A DNA stretch of 37,654 nt, from the IMG/VR virus record IMGVR_UViG_3300048574_000383, positions 1-37,654 of that record. One strand, given 5' to 3'. The notes beneath the pieces are model-generated. The model was not told where the DNA came from and searched no databases. It saw nothing but the letters and a program-made list of their open reading frames with translations. This DNA comes from a virus (Duplodnaviria; Caudoviricetes). The first letter of the stretch is position 1, and each line of letters starts with the position of its first letter. The position numbers were made by a program, and so were the translations under genes. Of the stretch, positions 7,851 to 17,257 are shown piece after piece.

Positions 7851-8212
7851 AGCGGTATCGAGCGCGGACGCCGATGCGGCTGACGTCGGGCGACGTGGCG
7901 GCGCACCTGCGCCTGGTGGGCGCGGCGACGGCTGCGGCGGAGCGGCCGCAGTCGGATCGGCGGGGGCTGACGCTGTTCAGCGCGGCCAAGGAGGCGGGGC
8001 GGGCTCTGTTGCCGCCCAGCCAGCGGCACGCCGACAGCGATCTGGTGCGGCTGATCGCCATGGGCAAGGCCTGGGGCCGGTTGTCCGATCCGGCGCGCGT
8101 CGCCTCGGCCGACACGCTGGCGCGGCTGGCGGCCAGCGTGCGCGCGGCGCTCGCCACGATCGAGAGCGACGGCCGGCCGCCGCTGCGGCCCCGCGCGGAC
8201 ATCGACGGGTAG
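7847..8212 (+). CDS. Hypothetical phage protein
   Basis: GGAGGAG RBS and ATGA coupling. Confidence 0.7.
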   Translation: MKRYRARTPMRLTSGDVAAHLRLVGAATAAAERPQSDRRGLTLFSAAKEAGRALLPPSQRHADSDLVRLIAMGKAWGRLSDPARVASADTLARLAASVRAALATIESDGRPPLRPRADIDG

Positions 8213-8219
8213 GCCGGCG

Positions 8220-8408
8220 ATGCGCGAGACCAACCACGCGATGACGGACCGGGTGCGTAAGGGCGCGGTGCTGACGAACGACGAATACGCCGAGGTGCGT
8301 CGGCTGCGCGGCCTGCGAATGGGCTGGGATGCGGTGGCGCGGGCGATCGGGCGATCGACGCCGGCGGTGCGCGCCGCCTGCGATCCGACCTGGTGGAGGG
8401 CGGCGTGA
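8220..8408 (+). CDS. Small HTH protein
   Basis: MGWDAVARAIGRSTPAVRAA helix-turn-helix pattern. Confidence 0.65.
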   Translation: MRETNHAMTDRVRKGAVLTNDEYAEVRRLRGLRMGWDAVARAIGRSTPAVRAACDPTWWRAA

Positions 8409-8668
8409 TCGCCCTCACCGAAGTTCACAAGGGGCTCTTGATCCGGCTGTCGGGCGCCGAGCCCATCCACCTGTCGGCGCCCGAGCGCCAGGCGGCGGCT
8501 CAGGCGCTGGCCAAGCTCGGGCTCTGCCGCGTCGCCTGGGGCGACGGGAAGGACGTGGGGCTGTTGCTGGCCTGGCGTGGCGCAGGCTGGGCACGGCGGG
8601 CGGACGGCACGTTCACGCCGCCGGACCGGCCGCCCTCGATGCGCCCGCCGGGCGGGAGCGCCGCATGA
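8405..8668 (+). CDS. Hypothetical phage protein
   Basis: GTGA and ATGA coupling at its two ends, GGAGG RBS. Confidence 0.6.
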   Translation: MIALTEVHKGLLIRLSGAEPIHLSAPERQAAAQALAKLGLCRVAWGDGKDVGLLLAWRGAGWARRADGTFTPPDRPPSMRPPGGSAA

Positions 8669-9423
8669 GCCGGAAGCCGAAAGGGGCGGGCGCCGTGATG
8701 GCGACCCATGCGCCGGCGGTCGTCGAGGCCGACGATCCGCAGACGGCGCTGCATCGCAAGCTCAACTACTTCCCGACGCCGCCCTGGGCGGCCCGTGCCG
8801 GCGGCGAGCTGATCCAGCGCCTCGATCCGGGGCCGTGGACGTGCTGGGAGCCGGCCTGCGGCGAGGGGCACATGGCGCATGGGCTGGCGGACTATTTCCC
8901 CGGCGGGGTCGCCAGCTCCGACATCCATGCGCACGGCTTCGGCGCGATCGTCGACTTCCTGAGCCCTGCCGGCGACGGCTGGTTCGGCAGCGAAGATCCG
9001 GAGTGGATCGTGACCAATCCGCCCTTCGACCAGGCGGCGGCCTTCGTGGAGCGCGCGCTGCGGCGGGCGCGGCGCGGGGTGGCCATGCTGTGCCGGCTGT
9101 CGTGGCTGGAGACCGAGGGCCGCTTCAGACTGTTTTTCGGCGAGCGGCCGCTGGCGGTCTATGCGCCGTTCTTCGATCGGCTGAGCCTGATGCTGGGGCG
9201 CTGGGAGCCCGGTCATGGCGGCAACGCCACGGCCTACGCGTGGTTCGTCTGGTTCACTCCGGCGGCCGAGCCGGCCTGGCTGTCCGACCTGCGCTCGAAA
9301 AGCGCGGCGAGCTGCGTGGCCCTGGCGATCCCGCCGCGTTCGAAGGCCCGGCTGACCCGGCCGACGGACGCGCGCCTGTTCGGCAAGGCGGGCGATGCGC
9401 CGCTGTTCGGAGGGGTGTCCTAG
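8665..9423 (+). CDS. Phage DNA amino-methyltransferase (NPPF type, probably m6A)
   Basis: YFPTPPW, SAM-binding WEPACGEG and catalytic IVTNPPF. ATG at 8665 is coupled to the upstream stop. Confidence 0.88.
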   Translation: MSRKPKGAGAVMATHAPAVVEADDPQTALHRKLNYFPTPPWAARAGGELIQRLDPGPWTCWEPACGEGHMAHGLADYFPGGVASSDIHAHGFGAIVDFLSPAGDGWFGSEDPEWIVTNPPFDQAAAFVERALRRARRGVAMLCRLSWLETEGRFRLFFGERPLAVYAPFFDRLSLMLGRWEPGHGGNATAYAWFVWFTPAAEPAWLSDLRSKSAASCVALAIPPRSKARLTRPTDARLFGKAGDAPLFGGVS

Positions 9424-9434
9424 TGGAGTCGGTC

Positions 9435-9896
9435 TCAGTCCTTCAGCGGAGCCTTAGCGCCAAGGCATTCGTCAATGGCCTCTTTAAGCGCTGCCGTGCT
9501 CGCCCGACGTTGAACGCGCTGCTCTTCGCTCATCAAGTCGTCGAGGCTGACCCCCAGCACTTTGGCGATTTGACGCAAAGTGGAGGCCGAGCCCTCGCGA
9601 CGGCGAGACTCGAGCCCGGATATGTAGCCTTGTGCAAGGCCAACCTCGGCGGCGAGCGCAGCCTGGGTGAGGCCGCGCCATTCGCGAACGGCGCGGATGG
9701 GATGTTCGCCCGCGTCAATTCTCTCCCAAACCGCATCTGGCAACGCCGTCTGGCCCTGGGTTTCCGCCAAGATTCGCGCTCCTGCTCGATTTTCGGCCGC
9801 CGCGTCGCCCGCGCTCGCCAGAAGGGCGTCGTATGCGCGCCTCGACAATACTACGAGTTCCTCGCCGGACTCCGTGTGGATGAACTGCACTTCCAT
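9435..9896 (-). CDS. XRE-family HTH protein, HigA-like antitoxin architecture
   Basis: GEELVVLSRRAYDAL N-terminus plus PIRAVREWRGLTQAALAAEVGLAQGYISGLE HTH. AGGAG RBS before the ATG at 9896. Confidence 0.85.
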   Translation of the reverse strand: MEVQFIHTESGEELVVLSRRAYDALLASAGDAAAENRAGARILAETQGQTALPDAVWERIDAGEHPIRAVREWRGLTQAALAAEVGLAQGYISGLESRRREGSASTLRQIAKVLGVSLDDLMSEEQRVQRRASTAALKEAIDECLGAKAPLKD

Positions 9897-9942
9897 CGAT
9901 CGCTCCTGCGGCTCCGCGTCCAACGACCTATCACTTTAGGCA

Positions 9943-9981
9943 ATATCGCCCGCAATATAGAATATATCTTTAAGAGATATT
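9943..9981. promoter_or_regulatory. AT-rich inverted repeats, probable operator of the XRE gene
   Basis: ATATCT-TTAAG-AGATAT (9964-9980) and a degenerate ATATCG-CCCGC-AATATA copy just before it. Confidence 0.55.
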
Positions 9982-9997
9982 CGAGGGGGCGTGCGAC

Positions 9998-10912
9998 ATG
10001 ACCGCGGCGCCAGACCCCGACCTCTTCCCGCGCGCCCTGGCGACGGCTGACATGGCGGCGATCCCCAGCGTGAAGCTGTCGCGCCCCGTCCTGCGATACC
10101 TTGGCGGCAAGTGGAAGCTAGCACCCTGGATCGTGTCTCACTTCCCGCCTCACAGGCTGTACGTCGAGCCATTCGGAGGCGCGGCGTCAGTCCTGCTGCG
10201 GAAGCCGCGGTCGCATGGCGAGGTCTACAACGACCTGGACGGCGACCTCGTGAATCTCTTTGCGGTGCTCCGTTGCCCGCTCAGTTCGGCGCGGCTGGTG
10301 GAGCTGGTGGCGCTCACGCCGTATGCGCGGGCTGAGTTCGATAGCGCATACGAGCGTTGCGCCGATCCCGTCGAGCGCGCGCGGCGCCTGGTCGTTCGCT
10401 CCTACATGGGCTTCGGTTCGAACGCGGCGAACCTCTCGCGAAACACGGGCTTCCGCAGCGACGCGAAGCGCGAGTACCGGACCCCGGCGCAGGAGTGGGG
10501 CCGGTTCCCTCCGGCGCTGGCCGCAATCGCCGAGCGCGTGCAGAGCGGGGTTCAGATCGAGTGCAGGCCTGCGCGCGATGTCATCGCCCAGCGCGATGGT
10601 CCACAGACCCTGTTCTACGTCGATCCGCCGTACCTGCACGAGACTCGCTCGGCAAAGCGAAAGCACGGTGGGCTGCACAATGCGTACGCCCACGAGATGA
10701 CGGACGCCGATCACGTCGCCCTTATCGACCAACTGCTGGAAGTCGAGGGCATGGTGGTGCTCTCCGGCTACCCTCACCAACTCTACGACGAGCGGCTGAG
10801 GCATTGGCGGCGCGTGCAGCGGACTGCTCATGCCGACGGGGCTCGGGAACGCACTGAAGTCCTCTGGCTAAACGGCCGCGCGCTCGTTGGCCTGCTGGAG
10901 GCGCGCCAATGA
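9998..10912 (+). CDS. dam: Dam/D12-class DNA adenine methyltransferase
   Basis: YLGGKWKLAPWI, YVEPFGGAASVL, VYNDLD and FYVDPPY motifs. Confidence 0.92.
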   Translation: MTAAPDPDLFPRALATADMAAIPSVKLSRPVLRYLGGKWKLAPWIVSHFPPHRLYVEPFGGAASVLLRKPRSHGEVYNDLDGDLVNLFAVLRCPLSSARLVELVALTPYARAEFDSAYERCADPVERARRLVVRSYMGFGSNAANLSRNTGFRSDAKREYRTPAQEWGRFPPALAAIAERVQSGVQIECRPARDVIAQRDGPQTLFYVDPPYLHETRSAKRKHGGLHNAYAHEMTDADHVALIDQLLEVEGMVVLSGYPHQLYDERLRHWRRVQRTAHADGARERTEVLWLNGRALVGLLEARQ

Positions 10913-10984
10913 CCGCCGACCCCGACCTCTTTCCGCGCGCCCTGGCGGCGGCGGACATCGCGGCGATCGCCGGGGTGAAGCTGT
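10013..10984 (+). repeat. 67-bp direct repeat (10013-10079 and 10918-10984) at the 5' ends of dam and primase
   Basis: 60/67 identities by hand alignment. Peptides DPDLFPRALATADMAAIPSVKL and DPDLFPRALAAADIAAIAGVKL. Confidence 0.9.
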
Positions 10985-12105
10985 TCCGGGCGGGCAAGCG
11001 GCTCCGCGGGCCTTGCCCGCTGTGCGGCGCCTCGCAGACCAAGAAGAGCGGCGGGGCGTTCAGCGTCGATCCGCAGGCCAAGCTTTGGAAGTGCTGGGCG
11101 TGCGGGGAGGGCGGCGACGCGGTCGATCTGGAGCACGCCCTGCACGGGCGGCCTGGCGAGAGCCTGCGTGACACCGCGATGCGCCTTGCCGAAGATCGGC
11201 CGGCGCAACGCGGACCTAGGCGCACGGCGATCCAGCCTCTGTCGGAACGGCCCCTGTCGGGCCGCGCAGCCCATCGGGCGAGCGAAGAGGCTTGGAAGGC
11301 CCGGGCCGCGGCGCAGCTGTGGCGCGACGCTGCGCCGGCGGCCGGTTCGCCGGTGGAGACCTATCTGCGGGCTCGGGGCGTCTGCGGCCGGCCGCTGGAG
11401 CTGGCTCTGCGCCAGCTGCGGTTCGCCGCCGAGGCCTATCACTCCGGCCCCGGGAAGGCGGCCGTGCGCCTGCCGGCCATGGTGGGCCTGGTGCGCGCCC
11501 CGGCGGGGCCGACGGGCGGCGTGCATGTGACCTATCTGGCGCCGGACGGGAGCGCGAAGACGGCGCGGACGCCGGCCAAGCGCATGTGGGGGCCGCAGTC
11601 GCGCGAGGGCGCGCCGGGGGGCGTGTGGCTGACCCATCCGGAAGCCCAGGGGCCGCTGGTGGTGGCCGAGGGGATCGAGAGCGCGCTTTCGGCGGCTGTG
11701 CTGCTGGGGCGGCCCTGTCGCGCGGTCGCGGCGTTGGCGCTGGAGCGCCTGCAGGGCGGATGGCGGACGGACAAATGGGGCCGGGTCGATCCCGACTGCA
11801 TCGGGGCCGATCCGGAGCGGCCGGCGTTCACCTGGCCCGAGCCGGCGGCCTCGCCCTGGGGCGAGGTGCTGATCTGCGTCGACCGCGACATGAGCCCGGT
11901 GACCGTGAAGGCCCGCAAGGCCGGCGGCGGGACCTGGCGGCGGCCGATCGACGGGGACGAACGGGCGCGGATCTGCGGCGCCCTGGCCGAACAGGCCTGG
12001 CGACGGGCGGGCGCGCGCGCCGCTCGCACCCTCGCGCCCGGCGCGGGGCGGGATTTCAACGACGAACTGCGGGCGCGGCTGAGTGAGGGGAGGATCCCTG
12101 CGTGA
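10909..12105 (+). CDS. Phage primase (N-terminal Zn finger plus Toprim domain)
   Basis: GPCPLCG...WKCWACG Zn finger, VETYLRARG, Toprim VVAEGIESALS, CVDRD and GRDFND. Confidence 0.88.
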   Translation: MTADPDLFPRALAAADIAAIAGVKLFRAGKRLRGPCPLCGASQTKKSGGAFSVDPQAKLWKCWACGEGGDAVDLEHALHGRPGESLRDTAMRLAEDRPAQRGPRRTAIQPLSERPLSGRAAHRASEEAWKARAAAQLWRDAAPAAGSPVETYLRARGVCGRPLELALRQLRFAAEAYHSGPGKAAVRLPAMVGLVRAPAGPTGGVHVTYLAPDGSAKTARTPAKRMWGPQSREGAPGGVWLTHPEAQGPLVVAEGIESALSAAVLLGRPCRAVAALALERLQGGWRTDKWGRVDPDCIGADPERPAFTWPEPAASPWGEVLICVDRDMSPVTVKARKAGGGTWRRPIDGDERARICGALAEQAWRRAGARAARTLAPGAGRDFNDELRARLSEGRIPA

Positions 12106-13682
12106 TTGGGGATGAGTTTGCGTTCGGTTCGGCGCCCTCGCCGGAAGAGCTGGCCGGGTATGACCTGAACGACCTGGGCAACGCCATGCGGCTGATCCGG
12201 CTGGCGGGCGGGGTGGTGCTGGACGACGGGGAGGTCGACGCCTCGGCGGCGCGGCTGCTCTACCAGCTGGGCGCGGGGTGGATCGGCTTCAACGGCCGCT
12301 ACTGGGATCGGCCGTTCGGCGAGGAACTGGCGCGGCGCATGGCGCACCTGGTGGCGCGCAAGGTGCGGGGGCTGACCGCTCAGCTGATCGCGGCGCACAA
12401 GGCCCCCGACAAGGAGGTGATCCGCTTCCAGAACGACTGCGGATCCTCGGGCAAGACGGCCGCCATGCTGCGGCAGGCGCAGAGCTATCTGACGGTGGAG
12501 ATCGACGCCTTCGACCGCGATCCCATGGCGCTGAACTGCATCAACGGGACGCTGAAGATGCGGCTGGCCGACGATGGCCTGGCCGTGCGGCTGCATCGCC
12601 ATGATCCGGCCGACCGGATCACGAAGATGGCGGCCGTGGCCTATGAGCCGACGGCGGCGGCGCCTCTTTTCGAGCGGGTGGCGCTGGACAGTTTCCCCGA
12701 CCGGGAGGAGCTGGCCTACTTCCGGCGCGCCTGCGGTTACGGCCTGACGGGGCAGATTCGGGAGCAGGCGTTCTTCGTCTGCCAGGGGCGCGGACGGGAC
12801 GGGAAGTCGACGCTGCTGGACGCCATGCGCAAGGCGCTGGGCAGCTACGCCGAGACAGGCGACGTCCAGACCTTCCTGGAGAGCAATGTGGCGTCCAGCT
12901 CCGGGCCTTCGCCGGACCTCGTGAAGCTGGCCGGCGACGTGCGGTTCGTGGTGCTGAGCGAGCCGAAGCGGGGCTCGGCGTGGAACGAAAGCCGGCTGAA
13001 GAGCTGGACCTCGGGCAGCCCGATCCAGGCGCGGGACCTGAACGCCAAGCCGTTCAACTTCCGACCCACGGGCAAGCTGTTCGTGGAGTGCAACCCGTTC
13101 CCCAAGCCGAGGGGCGACGACGACGGCTTCTGGCGGCGGATCAAGCCAGTGCTGTTCCGCAAACAGGTGCCAAAGGACGAGGTCGACCAGACGCTGCCGG
13201 ACAAGATCGCGCCGGCCGAGCTGGCGGGCGTGCTCAACTGGATGCTGGAGGGGCTGGAGGACTGGCTCTGCGGCGGGGAGGGGCAGGGCGGCCTGCGCCC
13301 GCCGGACACGCTGGAAGGCGTGCTCGAGCAGTATCGCCGGCAGTCGAGCCCGTTCGGGGACTGGCTGGAATCCAACTGCGTCTACGGCGATGCGGCGGCG
13401 GGCGCGCGAACGCTGGTGGCCGACCTGCACACCGACTTCAAAGAATGGGCGACCGACCAGGGCCACGACAAGCCGATGAGTGCGCGCGCATTCGGCGACG
13501 CGCTGTCGGATCGACAGATCCTGGTGACGGGCAAGGACGGCAAGGGCCGCAAGGTGCGCGGGCCGATCCGGCTGAAGACGCCCGAGGAGCGGGCGCAGGG
13601 AGCCTTCGGCCTGGGCGAGCCGGGACAGGGCGATCCGAGCGCCGGCGGCTCGTCGGTGCTGGGCGAGGACGTGAGGTGGTGA
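12102..13682 (+). CDS. P4-family / D5-like SF3 helicase (primase C-terminal type)
   Basis: LNCINGTL, HDPADRITK, Walker A GRGRDGKST, VLSEP and DDGFWRRI. Confidence 0.9.
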   Translation: MIGDEFAFGSAPSPEELAGYDLNDLGNAMRLIRLAGGVVLDDGEVDASAARLLYQLGAGWIGFNGRYWDRPFGEELARRMAHLVARKVRGLTAQLIAAHKAPDKEVIRFQNDCGSSGKTAAMLRQAQSYLTVEIDAFDRDPMALNCINGTLKMRLADDGLAVRLHRHDPADRITKMAAVAYEPTAAAPLFERVALDSFPDREELAYFRRACGYGLTGQIREQAFFVCQGRGRDGKSTLLDAMRKALGSYAETGDVQTFLESNVASSSGPSPDLVKLAGDVRFVVLSEPKRGSAWNESRLKSWTSGSPIQARDLNAKPFNFRPTGKLFVECNPFPKPRGDDDGFWRRIKPVLFRKQVPKDEVDQTLPDKIAPAELAGVLNWMLEGLEDWLCGGEGQGGLRPPDTLEGVLEQYRRQSSPFGDWLESNCVYGDAAAGARTLVADLHTDFKEWATDQGHDKPMSARAFGDALSDRQILVTGKDGKGRKVRGPIRLKTPEERAQGAFGLGEPGQGDPSAGGSSVLGEDVRW

Positions 13683-13693
13683 GGCTGGCGATG

Positions 13694-13929
13694 ACGGACA
13701 TTTACGGACATTCCGGACATTCGAGGCCGGGAACGAAGGGCGGCGGCGGGTCGCCAGCGGCCATCCACGGACATTCGAATGTCCGTACGGACAGTGAATG
13801 TCCGTCCGCTAGGCCTTGGGCCACAAGGGGTTACGGACATTCAGACATTGAGGGGCGGAAACCGGCCTCATATGGCGGGGGCGCGCGCAGCCTGCGTCTC
13901 ATATCCCCGTTCATTGTCCGTTTGTCCGT
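13694..13929. repeat. Iteron cluster (ACGGACATT core, about 11 copies in both orientations), probable replication origin
   Basis: Copies at 13694, 13704, 13713, 13767, 13787, 13833 and 13842, with inverted copies near 13778, 13797, 13915 and 13923. Perfect 20-bp palindrome at 13767-13786. Confidence 0.85.
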
Positions 13930-13979
13930 AGTTTCGGAAACCCAGAGGGAAGAGCTGATCCAGCCCCAGGGGGCGGCCC

Positions 13980-14507
13980 GTGGGTAAGCCTCTCTCGAAC
14001 CGGCAGCGCCGGGCGCTGCGGAAGGCGACGCCGGCCAAGGCCCGGCGCGCCGTGCCCGACGGCTCGGCTGAAGTGAAGGTCGCGGCGAAGGCCGAGGCCG
14101 CTGAGAAGCGGGATGGGCTGGAGTGGCTGGCGGCGAAGAAGCGGCTCAGCGCAGAGCAGCTGGCCGAAGGCTTCCGCTATCGCGGGCTGTTTAGGGACGC
14201 GGGGCCGGTCGCCATGCGGTCGTGCCTGGACGTCGGCGCGGGCGGCGGTTCGGCGGGGCCGAAGGGTTACGTCGACATCGTGCTGGTCGCTTCGGCCGAC
14301 GCCAGGGCTGAGCTGGACCTGATCCGCGCCCTGGTGCTGCGCGGCCAGTCTGAGATGCTGACCGTGATGGATGGCGTGTGCGGCTTGGGCTGGACGGTGC
14401 GGGCGCTCGCCGGCGGCGACCAGGGCAGGGCGCGGGAGCTGGAGGCGCTGCTGCGAGCGGCGCTCGACCAGGTCATCGCCTGGCGCGGTGCGAAGAAGGC
14501 CGCTTGA
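13980..14507 (+). CDS. Putative late-gene activator/antiterminator (DUF6456-like)
   Basis: Last early gene before the packaging operon. GLEWLAAKKRLSAEQLAEGFRY pattern and a C-terminal sigma4-like HTH. Confidence 0.6.
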   Translation: MGKPLSNRQRRALRKATPAKARRAVPDGSAEVKVAAKAEAAEKRDGLEWLAAKKRLSAEQLAEGFRYRGLFRDAGPVAMRSCLDVGAGGGSAGPKGYVDIVLVASADARAELDLIRALVLRGQSEMLTVMDGVCGLGWTVRALAGGDQGRARELEALLRAALDQVIAWRGAKKAA

Positions 14508-14588
14508 CGAATTATATCAAATCAGCGGACACAAGTTCCAACGCAAGGAATGCGACTGAAGCCCGCCCGGCACCCCTGGCGGGCTTCA
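14504..14588 (+). promoter_or_regulatory. Putative late promoter (-35 TTGACG) followed by an 11-bp leader hairpin
   Basis: TTGACG at 14504 followed by an AT-rich spacer. TGAAGCCCGCC (14557-14567) pairs with GGCGGGCTTCA (14578-14588). Confidence 0.6.
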
Positions 14589-14606
14589 TGCTGTCTGGAG
14601 CGCGCC

Positions 14607-14996
14607 ATGGCCAGACTGAAGTCCCTGGGCTCGGCGATCCCCGTCCTGGGCGCGGCCACGCGGTTCGAACAGAACAAGCGCGTCGATCGCCAGCGCGGAT
14701 CTGCGGCGCAGCGCGGTTACGGCGCTCAATGGCGGCGCTACCGGGCTGACTACATCGCTCGGCATCCGCTGTGCTTCTACTGCGAGCATGGCGTGTTCGG
14801 CCGGCCGCGCGTCGTTGCGACTGCGCTGGTCGACCACGTCGAGCCGCATCGGGGAGATCAGGACCTGTTCTGGAATCCCGCGAACCACGCCTCCAGCTGC
14901 GCGACTTGTCACTCTGGGCCTAAGCAGGCGCTGGAAGCCCGCGGCCCTGAAGCCATCGCCGCCTGGATCGCCACGCTCCCGCGCCGCCCCGCCTGA
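14607..14996 (+). CDS. HNH endonuclease (packaging-associated)
   Basis: RGYGAQW, HPLCFYC, VDHVEPHRGD, FWNPANH and CATCH. Located directly upstream of terS. Confidence 0.9.
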   Translation: MARLKSLGSAIPVLGAATRFEQNKRVDRQRGSAAQRGYGAQWRRYRADYIARHPLCFYCEHGVFGRPRVVATALVDHVEPHRGDQDLFWNPANHASSCATCHSGPKQALEARGPEAIAAWIATLPRRPA

Positions 14997-15071
14997 GGGG
15001 AGGGGGGGTCGAAAGTCCGGAGCCCCTACCGCCGGGACCGGCGGCTCCCTCATTCACGGATTTTTTTCCGC
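14997..15071. other. Probable cos region
   Basis: Intergenic gap between HNH and terS with a G-run, a GC core and a T-run, the usual cos position in HK97-like phages. Confidence 0.5.
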
Positions 15072-15545
15072 ATGGCCCGAGATCTGGACCTGCTGGGAGA
15101 CCCGATCCCTGAGGGGCACGGCGAGCCCGGCCGACCTGAGCACATTCCGACTGTCCAAAACCGCAACAAAGTCAGGCTGTTGCTGGCCATGGGCCACACG
15201 CAGGCGAAGGTGGCGGCGGCGCTGGACGTCGATCCGAAGACTCTGCGGAAGCATTATTCCCCAGAGCTTCAAAGCCGCCGGCGCGCGAGGGCCGTGCTGG
15301 AAGGAGCGCTGACCTACGCCGTCGCGGCCAAGGCGCTGGAAGGCGACGTCCCCGCGTACAGGGAGATGCGGAAGCTGCTGGATAAGGTCGACCAGGCCGA
15401 GACCGACGCCAGTCTCCGCGGGGCCGCGCCGAAACCCGAACGAGCGCCGCGGCTCGGCAAGAAGGAAGAACGCCAGCAGGCGGCCGAAGAGATCGGCGGC
15501 ATATTCGCACCAGGCGCTGCGCCTGCAGGTGTGCTGCCGCACTGA
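15072..15545 (+). CDS. terS: Terminase small subunit
   Basis: GRPEHIPT...[24 protein letters not shown]-coupled to terL. Confidence 0.82.
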   Translation: MARDLDLLGDPIPEGHGEPGRPEHIPTVQNRNKVRLLLAMGHTQAKVAAALDVDPKTLRKHYSPELQSRRRARAVLEGALTYAVAAKALEGDVPAYREMRKLLDKVDQAETDASLRGAAPKPERAPRLGKKEERQQAAEEIGGIFAPGAAPAGVLPH

Positions 15546-17257
15546 TGACCGCCCGTCCGGACTGGACCACGGCCTGCCCCGACTGGGCCGATCGCCTGGT
15601 CAAACGCCAGAGCATCATCCCGCCGCCGATCTTCCCGGAGGAAGCCGAGGCGGCGCTGGCCGTCTTCAAGTCGCTGCGCATCGTCGACGCGCCCGGCCAG
15701 CCGACCTTCGGCGAGGCTTGCGAGCAATGGGTGTTCGATTTCGTCGCGGCGATCTTCGGCGCCTACGACGCTGAATCCGGCCGCCGGCTGATCCGCGAAT
15801 TCTTGCTGCTGATCAGCAAGAAGAACTCCAAGTCGACGATCGCCGCCGGGATCATGGTCACGGCGCTGGTGCGCAACTGGCGTCACTCGGCCGAGCTGCT
15901 GATCCTGGCGCCGACGCTGGAGGTCGCGCTCAACGCGTTCGAGCCGGCGCGCGACATGGTCCGTGCGGACCCCAAGCTCTCCAAGCTCCTGCATATCCAG
16001 GAGCACCTGCGGACCATCACGCACCTGGTCACCAATGCGGTGCTGAAGGTGGTGGCCGCCGACCGGGACGTCGTGTCGGGCAAGAAGGCTGCCTTCGTCC
16101 TGGTCGACGAACTCTGGGTGTTCGGCAAGCGACCTAAGGCGGACGCCATGCTGCGCGAGGCGACGGGCGGTCTGGTGTCGCGGCCGGAAGGCTTCGTAAT
16201 TTTCCTTTCGACCCAATCCGACGAGCCCCCGGCGGGCGTGTTCGCGACCAAGCTGGCCTACTTCCGCGGCGTGCGGGATGGAGAGATCGACGACCGCAAG
16301 AGCCTGCCGGTAATCTTCGAGTTCCCGGACGCGATGCTCGAGGCGAAGGCCTATCTCAAGCCGGCGAACTTCTACATCACCAATCCGAACCTTGGACGAT
16401 CCGTCGACGAGCAGTGGCTGATCGACGAGCTGGCCAAGGTGATCAACTCCCACGACGGCGGGCTACAGACCTTCCTGGCCAAGCACCTCAACGTGCAGAT
16501 CGGCCAGCACCTGCATGCCGCGCGCTGGCGTGGGGCCGACTACTGGGAGGCGGCGACGGAGCCGGGCCTCACACTGGATGACCTGAAGCGCCGCTGCGAG
16601 GTTTGTGTGGTCGGAATCGACGGCGGCGGCCTGGACGACCTCTTCGGCCTGACCGTCATGGGCCGGGAACGGGGCTCGCGCCGATGGCTCTCGTGGAGCC
16701 GGGCGTGGGTGCAGACCGACGTCCTGAAGCTCCGCCAGGACATTGCGCCCAAGCTGAAGGACCTGGAGGCCGCCGGCGAGCTGGTGATCTTCGACCTGGA
16801 GCCGTCCGAAGACGGGGAGACCGTCGTGCGGGATTTCAGCGACGTCGCGGAGATCATCGCAGACCTCAACGCTGAGGGCCTGTTGCCGGAACAAGGCGCG
16901 ATCGGCCTGGACTCGGCCGGCGTCGCCACCTTGGTCGAGGAGTTGGCCGAGCGAGGCATCGCCAAGGAACAGATGCTGGCGATCGCGCAGGGCTACCGCC
17001 TCCAGGCGGCGATCCTGGCCGGCGAGCGCAAGCTTAAGGACCGGACCTGGCGGCCAGCGCGGCAACCGCTGATGACCTGGTGCGTCGGCAACGCCAAGAC
17101 CGAAAGGAAGGGCAACGCCGTGCTGATCACCAAGGAAATCTCGGGCACGGCGAAGATCGACCCACTGATGTCGTCGCTCAACTGCGTACAGCTGATGAGC
17201 CGCAACCCTGCGCCGGCGTCGATGGCGACCGGCGCTGACGCCCTGGTCGTCGTCTGA
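15545..17257 (+). CDS. terL: Terminase large subunit
   Basis: Walker [10 protein letters not shown], Walker B VLVDELW, nuclease [10 protein letters not shown] and KIDPL. Confidence 0.95.
   Translation: MTARPDWTTACPDWADRLVKRQSIIPPPIFPEEAEAALAVFKSLRIVDAPGQPTFGEACEQWVFDFVAAIFGAYDAESGRRLIREFLLLISKKNSKSTIAAGIMVTALVRNWRHSAELLILAPTLEVALNAFEPARDMVRADPKLSKLLHIQEHLRTITHLVTNAVLKVVAADRDVVSGKKAAFVLVDELWVFGKRPKADAMLREATGGLVSRPEGFVIFLSTQSDEPPAGVFATKLAYFRGVRDGEIDDRKSLPVIFEFPDAMLEAKAYLKPANFYITNPNLGRSVDEQWLIDELAKVINSHDGGLQTFLAKHLNVQIGQHLHAARWRGADYWEAATEPGLTLDDLKRRCEVCVVGIDGGGLDDLFGLTVMGRERGSRRWLSWSRAWVQTDVLKLRQDIAPKLKDLEAAGELVIFDLEPSEDGETVVRDFSDVAEIIADLNAEGLLPEQGAIGLDSAGVATLVEELAERGIAKEQMLAIAQGYRLQAAILAGERKLKDRTWRPARQPLMTWCVGNAKTERKGNAVLITKEISGTAKIDPLMSSLNCVQLMSRNPAPASMATGADALVVV

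Noticed and set aside
11532-13466. 644-aa minus-strand ORF
   Set aside because: Antisense shadow of the primase and helicase genes.
13694-13929. CRISPR array
   Set aside because: Repeats are 9 bp, irregularly spaced and in both orientations, and there are no cas genes.
13691-13987. ORF across the iteron region
   Set aside because: The translation mirrors the DNA repeats and has no protein-like features.
14607-14996. HNH as a mobile homing endonuclease or defence nuclease
   Set aside because: Its size and position upstream of terS fit the packaging-associated HNH of cos phages.
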